A DNA stretch of 64,000 bases from Auanema rhodensis (lineage: Eukaryota; Animalia; Nematoda): assembly GCA_964057225.1 (NCBI GenBank), contig OZ059894.1, positions 15,500,001 through 15,564,000 on the forward strand, given 5' to 3'. Below, piece by piece: positions 13,701 to 27,960 of this stretch. A program made the position numbers and the translations under genes. Under the pieces are notes generated by a model, which saw nothing but the letters and a program-made list of their open reading frames with translations, searched no databases and was not told the DNA's origin. Each line of letters starts with the position of its first letter. Position 1 is the stretch's first letter.

Positions 13701-14339
13701 ACAATCCTGTTTATAACAGCATACTATATATATATAAATAATAAAAAGATTCGTTAGAACCGGAAGAACAAAAGGATAACCAACAAATGAACCTATACGT
13801 ATTATAGGATTCACATTGCTTTGAAATGTACGGATATGACATCTTGATTGATGCCAATTTGAAACCATGGCTTCTTGAGGTAATACATATAGGAACAATG
13901 CAAATATTTACAAGAAATAAAAAAATTTCATTTTGAAGGTTAACGCTAGTCCGTCATTAACTGCATCTAGTACTGAAGATTTTCAATTGAAAACTCGTGT
14001 TTTGAATAACATGCTCGATGTACTTGATTTAGAACAAAAGCATGTAAGCTTCATCTGAATAGGAAACTCAATTTCATTTTTAGGCTAAATGGACACGAAA
14101 TACAAGTTGGCGGATTCGATTTACTCGTACACGAGAATGATGTTATAAATCTGTCAGTTTAAATACTAATTTCAAATGTTAACGTGTTATATATAGTCCC
14201 CGTTCTGGTGATATGTCACGGACATCTGCAATGTTTTCCTCTAAACCCAATTTAAGACTCGGTTAGTATTAAATTGATGTTAAGCCAAAATTTCTCATAT
14301 GAATTTTCAGGAGATTATTTGAATCTGGATAACCTATAG
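10754..14339 (+). CDS. ttll-9: Tubulin polyglutamylase TTLL9
   Basis: [22 protein letters not shown]...[21 protein letters not shown]...[17 protein letters not shown]...[12 protein letters not shown]...HLTNVA...[12 protein letters not shown]...PWLLEVNASPS...VGGFDL. One intron has to be GC-AG (14040-14083). Confidence 0.92.
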
Positions 14340-14609
14340 CTATGACATAATTTCATCAGCATTTATTATTTTGTTCTAGAACACAATGCTCTCTTTAAGG
14401 ATCTTAAAATACAAGAAACATTTCCGCTCTGTTGGATGAATAATAGCATTTTTAAAACAATGATAAATAATTAAAGATTTATACAAATAATCATAACAAC
14501 ATCATCACAACCGTTTTTGTTTTTCAATTATACATACATGTATTGCTAGAGAAAATATTTTGCTTTGAGCTATCTTACAGGTACTGTTAGTATTCTGGTT
14601 ATTACAGAA

Positions 14610-17600
14610 TTATGACTTAGCGGTAGCATTCTCGACCATCACCTTGAGTTCACGTAAGCTTTCAACAATATGAGTACGGAAACGAGCAGTATCCTGAAAC
14701 AGTGTAATATAAATATTTGTTTTTTGATAAGAAATATCATACAGTATTCTTGAGGGACTTCCAGGAGGCAACATGGAAACTGAGGCAATCTCCAGTAGAT
14801 CCGATGGTATAACAAACACCTAAACATTATCGGATGATTATCTTTCGCGTTAAAGTACTCTCACCATAGTTAGAGCCTTCGGGGCAGGCGAAAGCTCCAG
14901 CAGGCCAGAAGAGATCTTTCTCCTTGTTTAAAGCCTTAGAGTATTCAGTAGTTTGATGCTGTGGAGTTTGACTAGTAGACAAAGCATAGTTCATGCTGAA
15001 CACGTTATCCAAGAAAGGTGAAGAAATTTGATAATATTTAGAAACAACATATAATGCAAATAGATGACGATCAACTCCATTACCTTGAAAAAAATACGTG
15101 AATAAACAATACAAATAGGCTAATGCTTACCAGCCATAGCATTACGGTAATAATCTTGATGACGTTCACATGCCGTTTTCAATAAGTTCAATCTCTCCGA
15201 ATCCGAACAATCCTTATTCAGCATGGATTTGACGAAAGAACATGATTCGTTACTGCATGAGCGAACTGTTTCTGTTCTACCGTCTTTGAAAAGACGCATA
15301 ACAGCTGGTTCATAAGTGAGTTCGAATTTGCCTTGATCCTGGAAATTGATAATAATAAAAAATTCTGATCACTATTGTATATACCTTATAATAAGCCATT
15401 TGAAGAGCCATTTGAATGTAGGCATCAGGAGAAACACGAGCTTTCTTCATGAAATCTTTTCCATACTCAGAGAACACAATAGCAGAGTTTTCCATATCAT
15501 CAGCTACACCATGAGATACTTTATAGGCGTCATCAATAGCATTTAAGGTCTGAAATTAACAAACTTAAGCAGAAGAATCCTCTTATATTATACTTCTTGA
15601 TCTAAGTTCCACGATAATCTTTCACTCTTAGGGACATATTCAATATCACCGATACAGTGTCCGTCTGGACCATATGGCCTAGAAAGAAAAGAAGTTAATA
15701 TAGTATAACTTATAATATCTTACTTATCAAAAGCTTCATGATACTTCAAATACTCACGAACGTGTACATAAATCATCGCATCAACAACAGAATGTTCAGC
15801 ATTGGATGTAAACTGCAATGAAACAATTAAACTATAAAACTTGACACATTTCACATACTCTTCCGTTTTTACTGATGATATAAACGCTAGGCTTATCGCA
15901 CCAGAGAAGATATCCATCACCACCAAGAGAACGAGAATATTCACGTTCATATTTGGTAAGATCATTCTGAAACGTATTTATGTCACACGAAGCCAAAAGA
16001 TAAAAATTGCAAACCTCATCATAGAAACGCTCTTCTTCATCCAAAAAGATAATTTCAAGAGCATTTTCAATAGCAGCAAGAGATTCTTTGTTAACACCTG
16101 AATATTCATAAATGATTAAAAACATTATTTCTTTTACAAAACCTTCAGTAAACTTAGTAGATCTGATCTTAGCCCAAAGATCACGAGGACCAGCTGTAAG
16201 GGCAGAGAGATATTTCTCACCTGCCTGAGAAGTTGGCTCGTCATCGATAATAGCTTGGAGAGATCTGAAAATCAGGTTAAGTATGTCTTTGCCTATGACT
16301 TGATAAATAATTTACTTTTCTAATTCGGCAGCCTTAATCAATCTACGTCCATTGTAGATGTTAACCTTGTACCAGCATCCTTTAGAATAAACAGCAATAT
16401 GCTTAGCGTCAGGAAGTCGGATCATAACATCACTGGTCTCGCGTGGAACACGAAGAGTACGATGATAGTCAATGTATTGAGTAGCACAAAGAGGAATTCC
16501 TCCCATAGAAATCTGCAATTATTGTGTCAACTACTACAGTTTTCTCTATTATTATTTACAGGTTTCATGGTACTCTTGTGGAACATATCCATAAGGAAAT
16601 GCTGACGATTCAAGGTGACCCAAGCAGCACGTGCAGCTTGATTGTTGGTAGTTGGTCGATAAACAATATCTGAAAGATTACGGTAATAACCAGTCAAAAT
16701 ATTAAGAAATAATTACCAGCACAGGCTACATTGGTATTAATCAGAGAATTGCGATAACGCATGTACACAACTTCTTTCCACCAGTCAGATAACTGAAATA
16801 GACATATTTATAAAACAACAACAAATAGATATCAAGGTACTTACATAATTTCTAGAAATCAGCCATTTCATCCAGAGCTTACGTTGCAGTCCGCTGGCAA
16901 TTGTATTCTTGAATTCCTCAGCCTGTTCCTTCATGGTATTGTACTTTTCGTCATCAAGAAGTGGGCGTACAGTGTTCAGGTACTGTAATGAAGACAGAAT
17001 AAACAATTATTTCGACAAGTACGCACCTTCTCAATGGTTGCATCGAGCTTAGGTGGTAACATCCAAGGCATCATATCTTGGAATGAAAAATATCGGGCTC
17101 TCTTGCTCAACAAAGAAATAACAAGCTAAAATTATAATTAGTAACTATTTCATTCCCGCATTATATCCAACCATGAATGCCTTTGTTGGAAGACTTGGAG
17201 GTTTTCCAATGCTCTCGAAAAGCCATCCATTGTAGTACAGCATCATAGTAATGGAAAATCGGACGAACATCACAAATGTCAAAATAGCTGGGATAGCAAT
17301 AGCCAGAACACATGTTAAACGAAGAAGAACGGATGGACTGAAAATATATTCTTTTATAATTGTCTGTTTAAGCTGTATTTAGTACAACCGCTTTGCACCC
17401 AATTATATTTTTAAATATAAAATGCACACACCCACAGTAGCCCTGTGATCTTCGCATAATATTGAAGACAAGTGTAACTTTTGAACTTTCCTTCAGGTTA
17501 CTGATAGAAATTGAAAGTAACCATACAAAGATACGATGCTGTCCTTCGACCCCTTATTATTGGCTGATAAAAATATTGTTATCACTATTCACCGTTGGAC

Positions 17601-18159
17601 CCCGTTATGAATCTTATGACTAGTAAAATAACAATAATTAGCTAACCTGGAAATTATTTTTGCAACTTCTTCAAGAACATTTGTAGCTGAAGCTAACGGA
17701 TTGTAGCCAATAGCATCCAAAAGGACCCAGGTGCCAAGAACGTAGAGAAGCTCATAGGGATGGAATGGGAAAAGTCTGTCTTGTAAAGAGCTCTGAAGAA
17801 TCAAATTTAAACAAAAACAAGCAACGATTTTCTTTTTCAATAGTTTCTTATTATGACACTTTCTTTTCTCTCAGAAGTCGCGCTCTTGGCCAACTGTAGA
17901 GTATACACTGTCTCTCTCTCTCTCGCCTATTCTCACTAAGCTATGTTAGCACACTAAAGGCTCTTAGGTATACGGTAGAAAGTGGAGCGTCTTCTGTAGT
18001 TTATTGTTTTAATTTTGTTTCAGAAACTGTATTGAAAAAAACATTGAAAATATCTATATATTTAAGAAATGAAATTTAACTCACAGCCAATCGTTTGGAA
18101 CGTCGGATATATTTACGGAGCACGCTGTTCGAGCTCTCCGAGGAGGAGACTTTAGGCAT
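14610..18159 (-). CDS. Carnitine palmitoyltransferase / carnitine acyltransferase (nematode cpt-3..6-like)
   Basis: N-terminal TM segments, [12 protein letters not shown], catalytic-His motif [53 protein letters not shown]. Confidence 0.9.
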
Positions 18160-21100
18160 GTTGTCTTCCTCTCCCTGTAACATTCACATTAAGGCACGAA
18201 TTCTCAAATAGGATTGAAAGCAAGAACTGCATAACATGGCAAAAAAACATGAATAACAATAATAGGAAGAATTGGAAATGAACACTTGGCACAAAATGCG
18301 AGAACTTTCAATGCCTTTGCAGGGAAGACACAGTTTTTGAGCAGAACAGAGAAGGAACTAAAAGGTTGAAAAGATATGTGCTCTCTGTTATTCTTCCCTC
18401 AACTAGAACAAGTGCTGTTTTCTTGAATTGAAAGCAAAAGTGCAATAGGAAGTGGGTATTTTTCAGTCAAGAATCCTACATAGTAGATCATGAATGAGAT
18501 AGGCTGAAAAGGAACGGCTGAATTTGAGTGCAGGAGTACGGATATTAAACGAAACAAAATTAAGTTTCCAAACATTGGACGTGGCTACGGAGCAAACTCC
18601 ATTCCCTGTCTCATGCCAGGTTTGATTGTGATCCTTATCCATAGGGACACATGGTCTTATCAAAAATTACTCTGAATCAAGAAGTGACAATCAGCATATC
18701 CTTCTGTACAGCAACATTAGCAACACAACCACATTTGGAGGAATGATTTAAGAAGACTGAAGAGAATGGTGGGGATGTGACTTGACAACGCTTCGTAGGA
18801 TGAAAGAGAAGGACTAGCCCTCTCTCTAGTCCATCGGGGCGGAGGGCAAAGTCCACTAGCAGACGACGAGGGTATGTCAGACACGCTGGGTGGGTTATTG
18901 AAAGACTGTGATGGAAAAAGAGTGCGCAGACAATTGCTCTATTAGAACTAGGCTACCAATGGTAAAATCATAGAGAGATAGAGGTAAAAATAGAAAGAGA
19001 CTGAGAAAGTATAACCTTCCCTAGACTGATATGTGAGGTCCCAGACATTTTTTTATTGTTCTGTACGTAAATTTATTGTATTTCATTGAAAATTTACTTT
19101 AATCATATTGAGATATATGAAAAAATTTGCAAATAAGTTCAACCTTTATTGTCCAGAGTTTAGCCTTTAACCTCTAGATTTTCGACTTCAAATCAGCAGA
19201 ACACGACGGAAGCAATGGTTGTTTGCACTTTCTAGTCTTTCTTCTTTCTGTTGTATCTACAGTCTTCGGAAGTGAAGAATACTAGAAAAAAGATGAGAAA
19301 ATCTTCACATTATTTGAAACATGATGAACAATTTTTATTAATATATCATAAACATGTTCTTTAATTTTTTCTCATTAGATCCTAATTGATTTGATTTTTT
19401 TCCCAATAATTTAATTTACAAAAAAAATCGTGTGGTTATAAAAAAAACAATAATAATAGTAGCAGGTTCAAAGCATTATCAAAGGTTTCTAAATTCACAC
19501 TGTGGACCTCTCGTCGTTCCGGCTAGTCGTCCCTTTAATTATTCTCTTCGTAAATATTTTTTTCTATTCAAAATTAATAGTTTTTAAACCAAATAAAGGA
19601 TTATGATATTCGTAGATTAAATTATTACAATAATACTATGAAATAATTATTGTTTTCATGTTTTTAGTGAGAATGGGAAGAAGACTAATGTTGAAATGTT
19701 TTTCCTTCAAGCCATTCTGCACCATCATTCGCTATGTTCGTTTAATTCGATCGTTAACAAACCGACATGCTTGTTAAGGAATAAATAGAACAAGTATTCT
19801 ACAGATTACAGTCTTCAAGAACGTTCAGTACAAATGCCGAATTGTCTATATATTATAAGAATTATATAATTGCCATATGTATAATATATCTACATATGTT
19901 CACATGTTCAAAAAAAATGTTGACAAAAAATTAGAAATATTATTCGAAAGAAACAAAATTTCAATCATTTCCGTCAGAAAAAAAGTATTTATCAGTTGTT
20001 AAGGGAAACATGATTATTCAAAATAATTCAGTGAATTGACATAGTAAAAGACAAAATATTGAAAACAATTTGAATACACGTTTACGTGAGCTGTAGTTAA
20101 GGCATTTTATTTTGTCGCATGCTGACCAGATGAACGGTTGTTTCTTTAATTTCTCGATTTTTTCACTCTATAATTGATATTATCATCACACATCTCTATG
20201 TCATACTCTTCTATAATCCATCTTTACTTCGAAGGATGAAGCATGCAAGACACATAGAGTCCGAAGGGCCTTCAGATTCCTGTACACCATATGTGCCCTT
20301 TGGACCCCTTAATGATAACGATGATACGGGTTGCTTTTGGGGGCAAAACCATATCGGTTGAATGCTCTGGCTACTTATCGTACTGAAATAGCTTTATGAC
20401 AGCTGGACAGCATATGGCATGAGTTCTGTACTATTATGTCTTCCTTAACTAGAAACAGAACTGGATTTCTATTTATTTTCAACTTTTCATATCATTCACA
20501 ATGTAGTTTTAACTGAGCAAAAAAAAAAAAAAAGAAAAATTAGTTGTTCTACTGATATGTGAGTTAATCAGATAAATTGGTTATTCCTAATAAAATGCTC
20601 ATTTATTTATGATATGTTGCAACTTGTAAACATTTGTCGATCACTTACCCAACTAATGTAAATAATTTTGTTCGTGATATTCATTTTTCAAAATTTAATA
20701 ATGATATTCTTATATTATATATTGCAAGATTGTTATTACTCATATAAATTCTAATAATATTATTGTTTATTAAACTTTTTAAATGTAATTGTCTAACAGT
20801 TTTAAGAAATTATATAAATATAGATAGATATACTAGATAAAGGTTGATTTATATTAGGAAAGTTATACCTAGAACTTTTCTTCTTATCACTGTTTCATGT
20901 TAGATATCAGACAAAAAGAGAAAGTTGCACGCTGTACCTAAGTGCGCTTTGCTGATATGTATGTTGTCTTGACGTTTTGGTGTTAATGTAAACTTTAAAA
21001 CCAAGGAAAATATTATTTAATCATCAACGTGAGTTGAATTGAAAAGCGAAATTCAAACCTAGATAAGGAGAAGGTGAGCATGGTGTGAGCAGCATGATAG

Positions 21101-21844
21101 ATAATGTAATTGAAAAGAGAGATTTAAGCAAAAACTCATGCTCATTCATCAAGTGTTGAAAAACGTTTCAAACGATCCCCAGATTATGCAATTATTCAAG
21201 CGTTATAGGATGAGACAAGTGTGAACAATCCTAAAAGTTTCAAAAATCTCCATTCTTTCCAAAATATTTTGAGCTTAAACACAGAAGTTGCAAAATCAAA
21301 GATTGAAAAATGTAAAACAAACTATACACATAATATAGTATTTCTTGATAAGATGTTGAACTTCTTATCACCTTGCCATGTTAAATTGAATGTTTTAAGA
21401 TTGTAACACGCTTCATTAAAAGAATTTTTCTGGAAAGTTCTTACTTCACTACCGGTCTATCTATTAATAACATTTGAATTTCTTTGAAAAAGAAAAATAT
21501 CAAAGAGCGTGAATTGAATAGAAAGGATTCAGTATCCTCCCGTACATCTATTCAGGTTCTATACTATTACAGGCAAAACTCCCAGCGGATGATGAGATGA
21601 GAGGAGGTTGAATTTTATTTAAAAAAAACTGGATGAAGACTTTCATGCTTGCTGTCCATGCTCAATACTTCAGAGCTGTTTGAGTTTCGACCACAGTCCA
21701 GCCGGATACGATGCTCAGAACAAACAAGTGTTTAAGGTTTTTCGAAACATATATAAAGACATCTTTCCGCCTTTTCAACATTAAGTTTCTATTACATTTT
21801 CTCGACACATATTTATATATTTCTCCTAATAAATTTAATTTTCA

Positions 21845-23003
21845 ATGAATCTGTTAATATTTTGTTGCCTATTCATGGGAATCAACTTATCAAATATCAA
21901 TGCGTATAATGGTCGCATAATCAGGTTTAGACAATTAGTTCAGAAGAAATCAGGTAATTCATTGATAAAAAATTTACAAATGAAAAAATGCCTCATGCTG
22001 GAATCGAACCAGCGACCTTCTGTTTACTAGACAGACGCTCTGCCCCTGAGCCAATGAGGCTTAATGCACTGTTTTTTGTTTCTATTCAAGACTCTTTCAC
22101 GTCATTTTCAGTGATCTAATTATTTTTTTCAATTTATTGACGAAAGTGAGAAGTGACCAAAATAGCAAAAATTCCCATCAGGAGACTGTAAACTGATTTC
22201 TTTCAGCTAACATTGACTGGTGCGATTACTGGTTGAAATTAGGTGTTGATCGTAAAGAATGTACCCACATGCTTCAGATGACAACTGAACCAACTACAAC
22301 AACTACAACAACTGAAGGTTTTTTCAAAGAAAACCTATTGTTTTCTTTATTCTACATGATTTTCTTATTATTCCAGCTCCGCTCTCAGTCTGTGTAAATA
22401 AATTCTCGAAGTCATCTTGTATGTCTGATAATCGATGTGAATCAGGACTTGTAGGTTTTGTTTCTGTTTTTATTCCCAAGGAAAAACATTAAAAAAAAGT
22501 TTGAAATCAACAATACGCCATAAAAAACACGCATATTCATATGTTTATTGAAAATAAAAATAAAAATAATAATTGTTTTATTCTCGCAGATTTTCATACA
22601 GTGATTTGCACAGAGTAATTCGGAAAAATTCTTGTGAATTTTGAAAACATTATTATTATACGAAATTATTTTTAGTTGTGTTCTGAAAAAAGTGGCTCTA
22701 AATGTTGTCATCCCCCACGTGGAGTGTGTCCAACTCCTGAACAAATTGGATTTACATGTGTGGTAAGTGGATGCTCGATATGAAGTTGTTCATATACATA
22801 CATACATGTATATACTTTATGCATTTCAAACAAAAAAAAAGAAGTTGAAGAAAAGAAATAGTTGTTTCAAGTTGAACGTTATGATTGAAACGAATGAATT
22901 ATAGGTTAAGCTACCAATCAGTTGGTGTGAGCATGATCGAGATTGTGGAAATAGGGATCAGAAATGTTGTCCAACAGGTTGTAACTATAATATTTGTATC
23001 TAA
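21845..23003 (+). CDS. Secreted Cys-rich protein with Thr stalk and C-terminal WAP (four-disulfide core) domain
   Basis: Signal peptide MNLLIFCCLFMG; exons join in phase to ...NIDWCDYWLKLG...TTTTTTTE...GVCPTPEQIGFTCVVKLPISWCEHDRDCGNRDQKCCPTGCNYNICI*. Confidence 0.8.
21983..21988 (-). terminator. Pol III T6 terminator of tRNA-Thr
   Basis: TTTTTT directly after the discriminator base on the minus strand. Confidence 0.8.
21989..22060 (-). tRNA. tRNA-Thr (anticodon AGT)
   Basis: GCCTCATTGGCTCAGGGGCAGAGCGTCTGTCTAGTAAACAGAAGGTCGCTGGTTCGATTCCAGCATGAGGCA: 7-bp acceptor stem, TCTGT/ACAGA anticodon stem, GTTCGA T-loop. Confidence 0.97.
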
Positions 23004-25537
23004 ATATAATAAATATTATTTATTATGTATAGTTTAATATAATTTGTTTTCATATTACGTAGTATTTTATTATGGTTTAGATCAACTTCATAACATATAG
23101 ATACATATACACATGTATAGATGTATGTATGTACATGTATATGACCATATAAGATATATTAAATTACTATAATCTTTGAATACTTTACAAAATTTGAAAA
23201 GAAACAATGCAATAGAAGCTTTTTTTATTCGTGTTTAATTATCTTTCTGTAAAAACACGACCTTACATTATTCATAATTCATATTTTTTTTTAATAACAT
23301 AGAAAACAAAAAAAAAATTCTGATCATGCTATTCTTGATCTCTGAGAACATGTCCCTATTTTTTACTTAAACAATACATTTTTCTTTCTTTTTGTTTGTT
23401 TTAGCTTCTCCTTTTCACGTTTTTTCTAATACTTTGAATCGTTTTATTCTCATTGCTTTCAATAACTTATGAAAACAAATGTTTGAAGGCAATCGAAATA
23501 ATTTTTCTAAACTATTTGCTGGAAAAAAAGGAGTTTTTTTAAGAATGTTCCGATCAGGAAACAATATATTTGTCGTGAGAGGATATCCAATTCCTTGTTC
23601 TACTCTATGTGAAGTCTTGTGTTCTAGATTTCGTTTAGCTTACCAATCTGAAAACAAGTAAAAATTAGTTAGTTTGGTCTGTTAAGCAATATATTCCTTT
23701 CTTCTTAGTAGTGCCAAACTCAACGGTTCCTCTTCAAATTTGCAAAAATAAATTTTCATTGTCTACAAGAAATAAGAGACTGCTTGCAAAATATATGTAG
23801 CATCAAGAGGCTCTTCAGCTATAGGCTTAGGAGGTAAAATCGCCTATATACGCTTAGAAAAGGAGAGATCATTTCTTTTTACTGAATGCAACAAGTATTA
23901 TATAATATTTTAAATTAATTATTTAATTGTTCAATGTTCATTTGTACATTTGCTTAAAAAAAAAGAAATATCAATAATTTCTTTTTTTGTATTTTGAAAA
24001 ATCATTTAGTTTCAAAAAAATGTCTTATTATCAGCAATTACATTTATAATTTTGTATTCAGGTGGTCGAAAGCTTTTACATTCTCCCTCTATTAATATAG
24101 AAGTTGACTGTTCTTACGGCCAAAAAAGAGAAATAAGAAAAGATCTTCAGTATTTTCATGTCAGAATGTTTGTCATTTTTCTCCGTTGACTTCTTCTCCT
24201 TTCTTTCCGATTTTCACTCTCTCTCTCTTGTATTGCTCTTTGTATCAGAATCTCTCTTGTCCGTATCCACACTTCCTAACTGCTTATTCTACTCTATCTC
24301 TTGGTTTTTTCCCTTTTGCGTCATCTCGCTTCATTCTTTCATTTCCATATTCTCTCTCTCTTACATCTTCACGATCTCTCCTTTCCTCCAACTTTAGTTA
24401 CTTATGTGGACGACGAAGCTCGTATGCTGTGTTTATGTCAAATGGACAACCGAATCTGTTTTTTTTGTTTTGTATTTAAAAAAAAACTTGATGCTAATAT
24501 CTAAGACTCCGTATTCGTTAAACATATAGCAATTGAAAGCTAGAACGGACTTCCATAGGAAGCTTATCAATTCAATCTGAATATTTTCAGCTTCCATCAT
24601 TTTCATAAATTTAATAAAAAAAAAGCGAAATAACTATTGTCATTTCTGCAGGAAATGAATAAAGTATTAATCTAGTATGATATTGTACAATTTTTATTCG
24701 AAAGATTGTTATGAAATTGTATCTATCATGAGAATAATCAAGATAAAATAAATTAAAAGCAATCATACTTTTAAAACTGATTTTTTTTTCATGAAAAATG
24801 TAATAAACAAGGATATGGTTAGAAATAGAACAAAAAGGGAAAATAAACATTGACAAAGCTCATTTCCGGTTACCGAAACAGGCTTTTCCTCCCTCTTTTC
24901 TTTCTCATCACATTCAAGAGCTGACGTTATGACTTCCATTGACAAGCTTTAATTTTTTTGTTTTTTTAGTAACAGTATAAGATGAGTATATGAATTTTAG
25001 TAAGTCCATTAAACATAGTTGGAGCTATTTCTGTGCGTCAATATATTATGTGTAGTGCTACTAAGACAGAGCTAAATGGCCAACTTAGGAAAGTGTGTAA
25101 AGAAAGTTAAAGAGTGAAAGGTACAACAACAATTTGGTTAGTATAAGTCATAGCTATATACATATCCATCTATCTCTCCATATATTCAGTTACGTATTTG
25201 AAAATGAATGAAATGAAAAGATAAGAAGTAGTGTTCGTAGTAACAACCGTTCGTAGTATCTTTACTGATTTAAATGAGATCCACGTGAATACGTGAGATC
25301 AGCCCTCGTATATGCAAATGAAGTAATCGAGGGTTCTTAAGGATTCGAGAGAATTCAGAGAAAAGCCGTGACCAAATGAGGAATTGGTATAATGAGACAT
25401 ATTTACATATATGTATGCAACGACATATATAATATATTAGCTATAGCCTACTCAGAAAGTTTTCAAAAACAATTCTTTTTTTTGTCAACCGCTTTAGGAC
25501 AATTCTGTCCATATGCTTGATGCCATCAGAAGTTTAA

Positions 25538-25539
<2 letters not shown>

Positions 25540-25566
<27 letters not shown>
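25540..25566. repeat. (AT)n microsatellite
   Basis: Uninterrupted AT dinucleotide run. Confidence 0.9.
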
Positions 25567-25568
<2 letters not shown>

Positions 25569-27744
25569 GGTATAAAACTTTATATTAATTACATCATATA
25601 TAAAATTATTTCGATGATTAAATGGAAAAATCTTTTATCTATATTCTGATTGCACCAGAACTATGATGTGAAATCTTTATATCTTACTTCTTTCATTTTG
25701 TAAAGAGAAAAAAACTTTTTTTTTATCATAAATCCGAGAAGATTATGATTTCAATGAAATTCTCGAAGAAAAAAAAAATGTTAGTCGTTCATTGAAATCA
25801 TACAACTGATTTAATTAATCCAGATTTTGTAGGATAGACGTTTTCAGTTTTAATGATTGCTTGGACGACAAAATGATGGAAGCCAAACGAATATGACATG
25901 GAATATAAAAAACAGACATCCAAGATATGTTGAAGTTTTTCTTTTATCACAACATTGAAACTTGAAAGAATCTTTTGAAACGAAGAATGAATAGTAAATA
26001 TGATAAATGAACTAAGAAACTCCTTTCTTTCTTATACAAAAAGTTCATTGAGCTAAGAAAGCATAGAAAAAGGAAAAATATCACGATTTGAAAGAAGAAG
26101 TTCTTTTACATACTTAAGAATACATATAAATAATTCTATAATGTATGTTCACAACAGACTGTTTTGTTTGGAGGATTAACACATTAATCTTTATGTTTAT
26201 TATTTATTTTGTTCAAAAAGATTATACCTTGATCATGAACCTTCAAAACTTTTCCTATGTATTTTCGATTCGTATGTACCAAAATAGAAAAAAACCAATT
26301 TGAAACTTTTTTAAAATAATTTTTCATTAAAGTTCGAGTAGTTAACATCTGCATGTCCATCAATTTTTTACATTCCTTTAATATTTTTTGCTATTCTTCT
26401 CAGTTTTTGCATCAGCATGTTATTGAGAACCATAGTGCAGTGTAAAGACCCTGAAGCTTTGACTTCTTCATAAGAGCTGACCGATCCATCTCTTATTCGG
26501 GAAAATAAGTAAAAGACTCTAACTTGATTATGATTCATGTAAATGAGTTTTAACGTCATTTGCTTTATGAATTCCCATGAGAACCTTAGTTAGTTACCGT
26601 ATTCACGTTACGTATGACATCACTTATAAGATGAGTAAATGATATGCTAACCTTAGAATAATAAAGGAAATATGTATATATCAAAGAAAGATATAACATA
26701 TATAAAATAGAAATGGGAGGAGTGTCTATCTGAATGAAAGACATTGTGTAGGTGGTGCAGGTGAGCTTCTTGTCGCTTGTCATAAGTAGGAATCGATTAT
26801 AATGAAAGACATTCAATTAAGACTCTCTGTTCACCTCAAGTTTTAAAATGAAGCTGATATTAAGGTTTGATTATCAATAAATAGGATCATGATGAAGATG
26901 ATGACGTGAGTATCACGATGATGATGATAATCATGATGAAGATGATGAAGATTTGTAAAGATTTTTCAGTTTTCATCACTTTTTCCAATAAAAACCATTC
27001 ACATGTCATAACATAATCTCGTATAACTATGTACATACATATTTCATAAATTTTTTTCAAAAATCTAACAAAAAAAATTTGTTTAGCAGAATTCAAATAA
27101 TCAGCTTTGCAGTTTTGAAATTCACAAAGATTATACTTGATAAATTAGATTGAGAACTATAATGTTCATTATAATTTGCATTGAACCTATCATTTTGCAA
27201 ATCATTGTGATATCTTAATTCAATACAATGGCGATCTTTAAAATGCCCCCAACAAACTTTATACGAAAATCATGCAAACTATGTTTTTGCTTGCATTTCA
27301 GTATTTTGAACTGAATTTTCAACAAGAAAACAAAATTTAGATAAAATTTTGTTTAATTCGGTTTTCTTATGTAAGTAAAATGATATTTGGATATAAAGGC
27401 ATACACATTTTTGTATATGAACACATGATTATCAGCTTAAAGTTATCAATTTCAATAATGATTCGTTTAAAATAAGTAGAATATGATGAGGTTTTGAATT
27501 ATCATCCTCTTATATAATGGCGGATACTTTTCTTCATTTCTCTTAATTTTCTTCGAGAAAATTAATTTATTCAACTCTATCGTCATATAGGATTATCAGC
27601 TTATCAATGATTACATCTATATATGCTTATATATAACTGGGTATATGCACATACACATATTCATATAAAATAATTATTTCTCGTTTACGAAGCTTAGCCG
27701 TTCCATCTTTTCCCTTGTTCTCGATGCCTTTGTTCAGCTGAGTA

Positions 27745-27960
27745 GAGGGGCGGTTCCAAATTCAAGCTCATAACTCCGCCTTCTTTCAATGTTAGCCTCC
27801 TTTCTCTCTCTCTTTTTCTCTCTCTCTCTCTTTGTCCTCCTTCCTATTCCTCTCTCTCTCTTTCACTTTTTACATCTTTTCTTCATTTTTACATGAATCC
27901 CCTCTCTATAGCGGATGAGGAGGTTCAGTTTAACGTATCTGACTTCGGCAGTCAGTCGTC
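27745..27960 (+). promoter_or_regulatory. Probable flp-6 upstream promoter (GC boxes, CT-rich tract, Inr-like TCAGT)
   Basis: GGGGCGG and CCGCC in inverted orientation, long (CT)n tract, then TCAGT-like elements ~2 kb upstream of the TTTCAG acceptor before the flp-6 ATG. Confidence 0.35.

Noticed and set aside
20890-20897. CTGTTTCA piRNA (Ruby) motif
   Set aside because: Only isolated copies (also ~44660); no cluster.
23821-23832. TAGGCTTAGG telomere-like sequence or DNA-elimination break site
   Set aside because: Fewer than two full TTAGGC units, and I cannot verify any elimination motif from sequence alone.
24158-24504. Three overlapping ORFs in the ORF track
   Set aside because: Products of a CT-rich tract (Ser/Leu/Phe), not credible proteins.
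26752-26950. Plus-strand micro-exons and an acidic GAT/GAA repeat
   Set aside because: Could not be linked into a gene; compatible with a trinucleotide low-complexity tract.
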